Origin: Methanocella sp.
Lineage (GTDB): Archaea; Thermoproteota; Bathyarchaeia; Bathyarchaeales; Bathycorpusculaceae
NCBI GenBank assembly: GCA_050261115.1
Contig: JBLNCY010000048.1
Coordinates: 1 to 12,453, forward strand
Length of the DNA: 12,453 bases
Direction: 5' to 3'
Below are positions 1 through 6,785 of this stretch, piece by piece. The stretch's first letter is position 1. Every line of letters begins with the position of its first letter. The notes under the pieces are model-generated. The model did not search any database. It had not been told where the DNA came from and saw nothing but the letters and a program-made list of their open reading frames with translations. Both the position numbers and the translations under genes were made by a program.

Positions 1-14
1 TTACGCATGTTCAT
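1..14 (-). CDS. 5' end of a downstream gene (probably the ABC-2 type permease), truncated by the window edge
   Basis: On the minus strand the ATPase stop overlaps a new start (ATGA, 14-11), reading M-N-M-R..., preceded by a strong SD-like AAGGAGGAGA (30-21). Permease identity is inferred only from usual operon order. Confidence 0.5.
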
Positions 15-946
15 TGCATTTCTCCTCCTTTAATGAGCTTAAGATAAGCCTCCTCCAACGATGGACGCAGCGTATTCACAGATAGTACGTCGCCGTCTGA
101 TGCTACAATCGTGCGGACGATTTCGGGGGTTGCAGAGTTAACGTCTTTTACAGTAATCAGCAGCTTATTCTCTTGTCGGTTAACCTCTTCAGCAACTCCG
201 AGCGCTTCGAGTGCGTTCAGCAGCCTGGGCGAAACCTGCTTTAGTGACACTTCGATAACGGGCTTTTCTTTGATTTTTTCTCGTAACTCATCGGGTGTGC
301 CCACGAGCAGTATGTTGCCTTTATTCATGATTAGTACCCGCTTGCAAAGCTTCTCCGCATCCACCAAATGATGCGTAGAGAGCAGAATCGTGCACTTCTC
401 GCGCTGGCTAAGTTCAGCCATCATATCGCGAATCTCTTTGGCTGATTCGGGGTCGAGTCCGGCGGTGGGTTCATCCAAGAACAACACAGGCGGCCTATGC
501 ACGATAGCTCGGACTATCGCCAACTTTTGCTTCATACCCTTGCTAAAGCCTGCGACTTTGTCGTTTCGGCGTTCCCAGAGGTGGAAAAACTCTAGCAGTT
601 CCTGAATGCGTCTTTGCCTCTCTGTGGGGTCGTTTAGGCCGTAGGCTTGGGCGAAGAAATCCATGTTTTCAAGGGCGGTTAGGCGCTCGTATAGGCTGGG
701 GTTTTCGGTTAGTATGCCGACTGATTGCCGGACTTTTAGAGGGTCTTGTTGGATGTTTAGGCCTGCGACGGTTGCGGTTCCGCTGGTGGGTGCGATTAGG
801 CAGGCTAGCATGCGTATGGTGGTGGTTTTGCCGGCGCCGTTGGGTCCTAGGAAGCCAAAGACTTCGCCTTTGCCTATGTGTAGGTTTAAGTTGTTTACGG
901 CGGTTAGGTTGCCGAATTTTCGGGTTAGGTTTTCTGTGGTTATCAT
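11..946 (-). CDS. ABC transporter ATP-binding protein (ABC-2/DrrA-like exporter type)
   Basis: Walker A GPNGAGKT, signature FSKGMKQK, Walker B LFLDEP, H-loop STHH, C-terminal PSLEEAYL. Start placed at ATG 946 (MITTENL), preceded by AGAGGGA, because the ORF-track extension to 1015 runs through the promoter. Confidence 0.93.
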   Translation of the reverse strand: MITTENLTRKFGNLTAVNNLNLHIGKGEVFGFLGPNGAGKTTTIRMLACLIAPTSGTATVAGLNIQQDPLKVRQSVGILTENPSLYERLTALENMDFFAQAYGLNDPTERQRRIQELLEFFHLWERRNDKVAGFSKGMKQKLAIVRAIVHRPPVLFLDEPTAGLDPESAKEIRDMMAELSQREKCTILLSTHHLVDAEKLCKRVLIMNKGNILLVGTPDELREKIKEKPVIEVSLKQVSPRLLNALEALGVAEEVNRQENKLLITVKDVNSATPEIVRTIVASDGDVLSVNTLRPSLEEAYLKLIKGGEMQ

Positions 947-983
947 AGTTTTCCCTCTGCGCTCTGTATGCATATGTAGGGAA

Positions 984-996
984 TAAATATATAAAT
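984..996. promoter_or_regulatory. Probable shared TATA element of the divergent promoter
   Basis: TAAATATATAAAT reads as a TATA box on both strands. It lies ~25 nt upstream of ATG 1019 (leaderless geometry) and ~40 nt upstream of ATG 946. Confidence 0.65.
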
Positions 997-999
997 AGG

Positions 1000-1015
1000 T
1001 TGAAATCGATTTCAA
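1000..1015. promoter_or_regulatory. Perfect 16-bp palindrome, putative operator
   Basis: TTGAAATCGATTTCAA equals its own reverse complement and sits between the TATA box and the regulator ATG (1019). Confidence 0.75.
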
Positions 1016-1018
1016 ATT

Positions 1019-1534
1019 ATGAAACTAGTTAAAGTGCTCGACAAGCAAGGCTCAGCCCTAGTAGCAGACCCAATCAACCAAAACCTCCTCCGCGAACTCG
1101 TAACCGCCGAATACGCCGTATCCGACCTAGCCCAAAAACTTAACCTCCCAACCCTAAACGTCTGGCGCCGAATGCAAAAACTCCAAAAAGCCAACCTCAT
1201 CGAACTAACAGCAACAAGGAAAAAGGGGAACCTCGAGAAAAAATTCTACCGCTCAACCGCCACCTACTTCGCACCCGAACAATACTTCACCTTTACCCCA
1301 AAAAACCCCAAACTATCCGAAGCATTCAGCATCTACAACGAAATCCAAAAGAAAATGATGACCCAAACCGCCGCCTACGGCAACATACCAAAAGACGTGG
1401 ATCCCATCGACTACTCCTTCTTTGTGAACATGACAGTCTTTGCCGATATCTGTAGCCAACCCGACGTGCAAGCAAAAATCCATGCGCTAAAAGAAAAGCT
1501 TGCCCAAGTCAAAAAGCAATCGGAGTTTATGTAA
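1019..1534 (+). CDS. Winged helix-turn-helix transcriptional regulator (ArsR/HTH_20-like N-terminus)
   Basis: ADPINQNLLREL...VSDLAQKLNLPTLNVWRRMQKLQKANLIE...KKFYR matches the ArsR-like wHTH pattern, followed by a helical C-terminal domain. Divergent from the ABC genes. Confidence 0.85.
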   Translation: MKLVKVLDKQGSALVADPINQNLLRELVTAEYAVSDLAQKLNLPTLNVWRRMQKLQKANLIELTATRKKGNLEKKFYRSTATYFAPEQYFTFTPKNPKLSEAFSIYNEIQKKMMTQTAAYGNIPKDVDPIDYSFFVNMTVFADICSQPDVQAKIHALKEKLAQVKKQSEFM

Positions 1535-1567
1535 CCTTTTTTAGAGAGGCACCCTGCAAGTCTTGGT

Positions 1568-2821
1568 ATGCCCACAAATCTGGTTTGGCACCGCAGAATC
1601 CTAAAAAACGGCATAACGGTACTCGTTTACCCCAGACAATCTGCCAATACGGCCCAGCTATCTGTGGGCGTCAAGTATGGCTCCAATCAGGAACCCAAAG
1701 CCCAAGCTGGCGTGGCCCACTTTATAGAGCACATGCTGGCTGGAGGCTCAGATGAACGCATTAAACGCTCAAGAAAAGTAGAAGATTACGGCGGCATATT
1801 GGACTTCTACACAGACCGCGAACAAGTTTTGGGCGCTATGGATGTTACGGCTGAAAAACTGCCCGAAGCCGCCGCCATACTCTCCGAGTTGTTCTTTGGC
1901 GAAGAGTTTGACGAGGAAAAGTTCGAGATTGAACGAAAAATAATACTAAACGAGCTGGCGGAAGTTGCCGATGACCCCATGGTGCGGGTTGAGGAGCTCC
2001 TTTTAAAGAACCTGTTCTTGAAGCATCCGATTCGACACCCAGTCGGCGGGTACCCAAAAACCATCAAGAAACTCTCATTTGACCAACTCGTTGAGGAGCA
2101 TAGGCGCATTTTTGTGCCCCAGAACATGATTGTAGTCTTATCGGGCAATGCCTCTGAAGGAACCCTAGAAAAAGTCCTTGAAGAATTTATCAACCAAAAA
2201 GGCGGCGCTGAGCCTCAACAGGGCATCGCTGTAAGCGAGAGTGGGAAACCAAAAGCGCTTGTGGTGGAAGAGAAAGCAGGCATAACCCAGACATATCTAA
2301 GCATAGGCGCCCGCAGCATCCCAGCCAGCCACCCCGACACCGCCGCCATGGATTTAGTTGGAACCTTACTTGGTGGCGGCACAAGCTCCCGCCTATTCAT
2401 CGAACTACGCGAGAAATACGCAGTTACTTATGATGTTAACGCTGCCCACTGTAAAGGCACCGACTTTGGATACTTTGGGATAAGCCTTGCAGTAAATAAC
2501 AGCAAACTCGACAAAGCCCGAAAAATAATCCACAAGCAGCTTGCCAATCTTCGAGAGGAGCCTGTTCCCCAAGCAGAGCTTGATCGGGCAAAGCAGATAA
2601 TGCTTGGCGGCATCCTGCGTGGTATGGATAACCCCCATGACTGCTACGAGATCATAACTTTCATGGAGATGCAGTTCCAAACCGAATTAGCACTCAAAAA
2701 TTACGTCGATAATATTAGGTCCGTAAAAAGCGAGGATATTAGGCGGGTTGCAGCCCAGTTTATAGATGAAGATTGCCTATGCACAGCCATCATTAATCCG
2801 GCCAATAAATCTAAACATTAA
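1568..2821 (+). CDS. M16 family (insulinase/pitrilysin-like) zinc metallopeptidase
   Basis: Inverted zinc motif HXXEH (GVAHFIEHML), downstream ERKIILNE with the third ligand, and C-terminal SRLFIELREKYAVTY with the R/Y pair; 417 aa. Confidence 0.93.
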   Translation: MPTNLVWHRRILKNGITVLVYPRQSANTAQLSVGVKYGSNQEPKAQAGVAHFIEHMLAGGSDERIKRSRKVEDYGGILDFYTDREQVLGAMDVTAEKLPEAAAILSELFFGEEFDEEKFEIERKIILNELAEVADDPMVRVEELLLKNLFLKHPIRHPVGGYPKTIKKLSFDQLVEEHRRIFVPQNMIVVLSGNASEGTLEKVLEEFINQKGGAEPQQGIAVSESGKPKALVVEEKAGITQTYLSIGARSIPASHPDTAAMDLVGTLLGGGTSSRLFIELREKYAVTYDVNAAHCKGTDFGYFGISLAVNNSKLDKARKIIHKQLANLREEPVPQAELDRAKQIMLGGILRGMDNPHDCYEIITFMEMQFQTELALKNYVDNIRSVKSEDIRRVAAQFIDEDCLCTAIINPANKSKH

Positions 2822-2902
2822 ACATTAGCCATCAGCTGCATCTTTTGCTACATAGCTAAAAACCAAGAATAGATGGCACACACGAAATTATGAATCTAGG
2901 GG

Positions 2903-3029
2903 TGCCGTTTGGCAGACTACCTAACCGTCGTAGGAGGATGTCCAGAGATACACCTTTGGGAGCCTAAGCCCCATAGTGCAAATCCGGCAACATCTTTTTT
3001 ACTATCGTAGGTTCATCTGCCAAACGACA
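2903..3029. repeat. Imperfect long inverted repeat / hairpin (~125 nt)
   Basis: CGTTTGGCAGA (2906-2916) is the exact reverse complement of TCTGCCAAACG (3016-3026). Nested pairing continues with ACCTA/TAGGT and GTAGGAGGATGT/ACATCTTTTTTAC (G-U pairs, one bulge). Confidence 0.6.
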
Positions 3030-3158
3030 AAACTATGAAAACCAAAGGCTCAAAATAAGAAATTGTGGTAACCCTCCAACAATCACACAGAAGCAGCCTA
3101 GTGCTTAAGCAGTACATTTTTAGGGATAAACAAAGAAAGATGAATGTGGTGCACAAGC

Positions 3159-3440
3159 ATGAGTTGTTCTAACCAGAAATATCTTGCATTCATAAAAATC
3201 AGCCCCAACATGGCTGCAAAACTCTACGAACCCCTAATGGAATTCAGCGAAAACCCCATAAAAGGCGTCAAACTCGAAGAAGCCTTCCAAGTGTTTGGTG
3301 AATGGGACTTCGCGGTACTTTTCCAAGCAGACAGCAACGCTAATGCGCTTCATTTTGTGGGCGACAAAATCCGATTAGTCGAAGGCGTCTTAGAGACCTT
3401 TACCGTTCCACTAACGCCAGTTAAAGACTATCGAAAATAA
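3159..3440 (+). CDS. Stand-alone Lrp/AsnC ligand-binding (RAM) or GYD-like domain protein
   Basis: ~93 aa with YLAFIKI...GVKLEEAFQVFGEWDFAVLFQA...DKIRLVEGVLETFT, typical of the AsnC C-terminal ferredoxin-like fold, and no HTH. ATG 3159 follows GTGGTG; alternative start 3144. Confidence 0.75.
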   Translation: MSCSNQKYLAFIKISPNMAAKLYEPLMEFSENPIKGVKLEEAFQVFGEWDFAVLFQADSNANALHFVGDKIRLVEGVLETFTVPLTPVKDYRK

Positions 3441-3455
3441 CAAAAATGCGCCAGA

Positions 3456-4046
3456 TTAGGCGCTCAACTTTTCTCTTGGGAGAACAGCTATGGGCGGCTT
3501 AGTGGTAGCTGGTGGCAGCACTGGCGCTGTTTGTTGCGTTTCAGATTTTATTGGCACCGGGTATACGCTGTAGCTTATGCTGGGCTTGTATGGCACTGAA
3601 AGCATGGTCCAAACTTTATTGAGGTCGTCAAGGGACATGGCATCGAAAACGATTTTTATGCCTTCGCTACCGCTTTGACTTAAGCTACCCTGCAATGCTG
3701 AGACGGGGATAATCGGTCTTTCCGCGAGGATCTGCATGACTTTTCCTAGCAAGAGTTGGTCCATCTGGGGCGTCTTTGATTGTGGCGTTATGAGATAGCG
3801 TAGGCTTAGGTACATTAATGTTCGGGGCTCTCCGGGCTGCTCCGGCATGTTTCGCATGCTTGCACATTCAGTAACGCTGTATAGGAGCAATGAAATCTGC
3901 CCTGATGGCGCCTGGTTAGAGGGCGCCTGGAGAGTGACTAGTTCCTCAGTGTGCAGTAGCTTTTGAAGTTCAACGTCTGCTTTTATGCCGTCTGAGATTA
4001 ACTTGGCAAGGGTCTGGGTGACGCCGCCAATGTTGTCGCTACTCAA
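3456..4046 (-). CDS. DUF4255 / Pvc16-N (Afp16-like) tube cap / tail terminator protein
   Basis: Family-like blocks: IGGVTQTLAKLI, ISLLLYSVTE..SMRN, LSLRYLITP, QLLLGKVMQIL...P, SLDDLNKVWTML..PYKPSISYSV.PVPI; Pro/Thr-rich C-terminal tail. TTG start 12 nt after the tube-gene stop, with AAGGGA in the gap. Confidence 0.85.
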   Translation of the reverse strand: MSSDNIGGVTQTLAKLISDGIKADVELQKLLHTEELVTLQAPSNQAPSGQISLLLYSVTECASMRNMPEQPGEPRTLMYLSLRYLITPQSKTPQMDQLLLGKVMQILAERPIIPVSALQGSLSQSGSEGIKIVFDAMSLDDLNKVWTMLSVPYKPSISYSVYPVPIKSETQQTAPVLPPATTKPPIAVLPREKLSA

Positions 4047-4058
4047 AGTTATCCCTTA

Positions 4059-4514
4059 CTACTTTTCACGCTGCATTACTTCAAAAGCTATTTCTAGCGT
4101 TTCTATGGCTACGTCGTTGCCGAGGGCGTTGAGGTCTGGTGCTTTGTATTTGCTGGGCCAGGCATTAGTGAATACCCACTTGTTAACGTCGATACCCTCT
4201 TCGTCCACCAATGTTACGATAACGTTTCTTCTTGCCTGGTTGATTTTGCCCTGCTCAACCAGTTTACGCCAGTTATAGAGCTCCATGGATGAAGTCAACC
4301 CCCACTTTAAGACTAGATTGCTACAGCTTAAAAGGCCAGGCTGTTTTTGGCTAACGGTTGTGTTTTGACTTCCTTCCCGGTGCTCGATTACTTGGCTTGC
4401 TGACTCTGGAAGAATGACTTCTAAAAAGTTGACTTGGCTGATACCGGCTATTTCAACTCTAAATCGATTGTTTACATATGGATAGTTTCTTTGACTTGCA
4501 ACCTTTGTTGACAT
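4059..4514 (-). CDS. Tail tube protein, T4 gp19-like (eCIS Afp1/Afp5, Pvc1-type)
   Basis: 151 aa with YPY..NRFRVEIAG, VIEHREG, KQPGL...NLVLKWG, ELYNWR, RRNVIVTLVDEEG, W.FTNAWPSKYKAPDLNA.GNDVAIETLEIAFE, the hallmark motifs of eCIS inner-tube proteins. Confidence 0.92.
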   Translation of the reverse strand: MSTKVASQRNYPYVNNRFRVEIAGISQVNFLEVILPESASQVIEHREGSQNTTVSQKQPGLLSCSNLVLKWGLTSSMELYNWRKLVEQGKINQARRNVIVTLVDEEGIDVNKWVFTNAWPSKYKAPDLNALGNDVAIETLEIAFEVMQREK

Positions 4515-4548
4515 ACTTTTGCCTCTTAGCGGTATCTTTCTATGAATC

Positions 4549-4556
4549 TATATATA
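4549..4556 (-). promoter_or_regulatory. Probable TATA box for the tube-cap unit
   Basis: TATATATA ~35 nt upstream of ATG 4514, with SD-like AGAGG just before the start on the minus strand. Confidence 0.55.
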
Positions 4557-4656
4557 CATTCTTAAAAGTCAAGAAGCCACCCTATGCGGTGTGGTTGATT
4601 TTATACAGTCACGCAGGTATATACGCCAAATTCACTGGTATTGACTGGTGAAAAAG

Positions 4657-4869
4657 ATGGAAACAACAATAAACGTAAACGACCAGCAAGCCATGGAAAT
4701 CTGCGAAAATGTAGGTCGAACCCTCGTTGATGAGCTTGATAAAGATGAGGTATGGGACAGAGTTGAGCAAACTCTTCAAGACTACCTCAAAGCAAACAAC
4801 ATAAGCAGTAGCCCCACAGACATAACCGACAAAATAGAGTGGTCTGTGAAAGTCAAGCTAAAAAAATAG
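4657..4869 (+). CDS. Small acidic hypothetical protein (70 aa)
   Basis: ATG 4657 preceded by archaeal SD GGTGA (4647-4651), TATA-like elements upstream (TTTTATA, GTATATA), protein-like composition, T-rich run after the stop. No family recognised. Confidence 0.7.
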   Translation: METTINVNDQQAMEICENVGRTLVDELDKDEVWDRVEQTLQDYLKANNISSSPTDITDKIEWSVKVKLKK

Positions 4870-5211
4870 CGGCTAACACTTTTAGGCTTCTTTTGGAGGT
4901 GGGATTTTCCCCCAGAAAAATAAACGGGGCGAGTTTACAGTAGAACGGAAAAGCAAAAAGCGAGAGTCGTTTGAGGAACAGGACCATCGGGTAAACGTTC
5001 CTGCCGATGTTGGAGACCAAGAAAAGAGAGCGCTGGCACAGAAAGGAAAAGAGGCAACCGGCAGCTGGTAAAATAACGAGCACACCTAAAACGTATGTGC
5101 AATTTTTTATTAAAGCAGGCCAAAAACTGAACAATCTAACCGCCACTTCCCTGATTATCTGTAAATCTTTTATAGCTATACAATTGAATAACAGCTACTA
5201 AGTGGCACTTT

Positions 5212-5454
5212 ATGGAAGAGAAATAATCGAAGTAGGCAGCATCACCCATTTCTTCAAAAATAGATGTTGCAGTTCTGCCTAGACTTGCCCTTACCCGTGG
5301 GTGATCGCATACTCATAAAAGGCCCATTCGGTCATCGAACAGACGGTTGAGTCGATTGACAATAAACATCCAACGCGCTGAGGGTGGACAAAGCATCACC
5401 ATAACGCTCAAACACAGTGCGACCGCGAAAGATTTGGTCTTTAAGAAAATTTAG
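5212..5454 (+). pseudogene. Frameshifted small 'translation elongation factor-like' beta-barrel protein (EF-Tu domain II / U32 peptidase C-terminal-like)
   Basis: Fragments in shifting frames: MEE / IIEVGSITHFF / KIDVAVL / LDLPLPVGDRILIKGP / IEQTVESIDNK / IQRAEGGQSITITLKHSATAKDLVFKKI-stop. These match the G.ITH(Y/F)F.KI.VAV...L.VGD.I.IKG...EQ.VES(MQ)ID...A..GQ.I pattern. About five frame changes; TATA-like TTTTATA at 5168-5174. Confidence 0.75.
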
Positions 5455-6581
5455 GGGATAATTTCTGCCCCGTTGTACTTCAAATAGTCAAAATCCCCAA
5501 GTCGTAGGCGCCCGCTTTGTATTAGCTGGTTGATTCTGGGCGTTTGGTTCTGGACAGATTCGACAAGCTTCTCCACCGTGTGACAGACATCTCGGTAGGC
5601 TTCGTCGGGCCACCGCTTAACTATGTTGGTGTAGAGGCATCTTCCGCCGCACAGACCCAAAATCTTGCAGTCACTGCAAGGCTTATTGGTCACAAACAGT
5701 TTCGGCAGCTTAAGTGGGTCAGCGTCTTTTATGTGGCCAGCGTAGTAGGCTTTCATGCCCCACATGGTTGGGCAGGGAATTATTTGGCCATCCATCTGTA
5801 TCGAGTAGTTTATCCATCCGCTTCCACACCGCATCAAAGCATTAGTCTCCGCATTCAGAAGCGAGTTGGCAATACCCAAAATCGGATAAAGCTTAAGCAC
5901 GACTCCAGTCTGCTCCATGTGATCCACCCAGCGGCGTACGAGGGCGTCAACGCCTGGGATGTAGCTTGTTTGGGTCCATTGTTTGAAGTTACGTCGTTGG
6001 TAGTCGTTGCCCCAAAAGCCAGCATTAAGTTGCCAATGGACAGACGTGAATGCGAGGTCATCGTTTTGCAGGAGGTATTTCACTTGTCTTTCTATATCGG
6101 TCTGCTCCATCACAGTCATTCGTGCAATTAATTCGCCACTGAAACCGTTTCTTTTGATTAGTTTGAGGTTTTCAATTACTCGGCGGTATGTGCCTTTGCC
6201 CCGGTAATAGTCCGTCAAGGCTTCATCGCCATCAATAGACACCAGAAGAGTATTGAGGCGGTTAATGTACTTGGGTTCCAGTTTATCCAGCAATAACCCG
6301 TTGGTTTGCATCATATACATTTTAGGCGTAACTACATCCATGATCTGCCGCAGCTTATGCATATGCATTAAGGGCTCGCCGCCATAAAAGGTCAAGACGC
6401 AATCGGGATCCTTCCGCACAAAACAATCGAGGTCGGCTACATCATAGTTTGCTTTTCTGGGCAAGTTGTAGTCGACTTCTAAGTCATCGCCGAATTCCTC
6501 ATCGAAATCGTCAAGGCTCTCGCCGAAGCAATACTTGCATTGCAGATTACAGTCGCTTGTGAGCAGCAGATGGAAGAACAT
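5451..6581 (-). CDS. Radical SAM/SPASM domain protein, probably AF0577 (TIGR04084) family
   Basis: CNLQCKYC motif, FYGGEPL, MQTNGLLL, VSIDG, HWQLNA.FW; SPASM cysteines CGSG..PCP..CSDCKILGLCGGRC..C; C-terminal YNGAEIIP. Confidence 0.9.
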   Translation of the reverse strand: MFFHLLLTSDCNLQCKYCFGESLDDFDEEFGDDLEVDYNLPRKANYDVADLDCFVRKDPDCVLTFYGGEPLMHMHKLRQIMDVVTPKMYMMQTNGLLLDKLEPKYINRLNTLLVSIDGDEALTDYYRGKGTYRRVIENLKLIKRNGFSGELIARMTVMEQTDIERQVKYLLQNDDLAFTSVHWQLNAGFWGNDYQRRNFKQWTQTSYIPGVDALVRRWVDHMEQTGVVLKLYPILGIANSLLNAETNALMRCGSGWINYSIQMDGQIIPCPTMWGMKAYYAGHIKDADPLKLPKLFVTNKPCSDCKILGLCGGRCLYTNIVKRWPDEAYRDVCHTVEKLVESVQNQTPRINQLIQSGRLRLGDFDYLKYNGAEIIP

Positions 6582-6785
6582 AGCCTATCCAACATTATGC
6601 GTTCCTTAATAGTATTTTTCCGATAATTTTTGCTTCTGCTTTGATGGACTCTTGGGATAGTAGTTTGCGACACTGGCCGATTAGGTTTATAGCTGGTCGC
6701 TGGCTGTGGAATTGCTCAACATAACAGCCAACCCTCAAACAATAAGCAAAACTCTTAATAGCCAAAGCACCTCACAGTGGGACTC

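Noticed and set aside
947-1015. 23-aa N-terminal extension of the ABC ATPase in the ORF track
   Set aside because: It runs through the TATA box and palindrome; ATG 946 has an SD and gives a typical N-terminus.
2899-2995. Functional tRNA-Pro gene
   Set aside because: Anticodon-loop and T-loop-like words are present, but the acceptor, anticodon and T stems do not pair.
3456-4514. Prophage/provirus call based on the 'phage tail' gene
   Set aside because: No integrase, capsid, terminase, portal or att repeats were seen, and the partner gene and tube motifs are of eCIS type.
4853-5201. Four short overlapping ORFs (4853-5146, 4882-5085, 4935-5123, 5007-5201)
   Set aside because: They overlap each other, have no recognisable motifs, and their composition is explained by the local purine/pyrimidine skew.
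11-6581. A single RiPP cluster (ABC exporter + M16 peptidase + radical SAM/SPASM)
   Set aside because: The genes are in different orientations, separated by unrelated genes, and no precursor or RRE is evident.
6479-6673. Cys/Ser-containing 64-aa ORF as precursor peptide for the radical SAM enzyme
   Set aside because: The Cys-containing half overlaps the radical SAM gene out of frame, and the rest spans the divergent promoter region.
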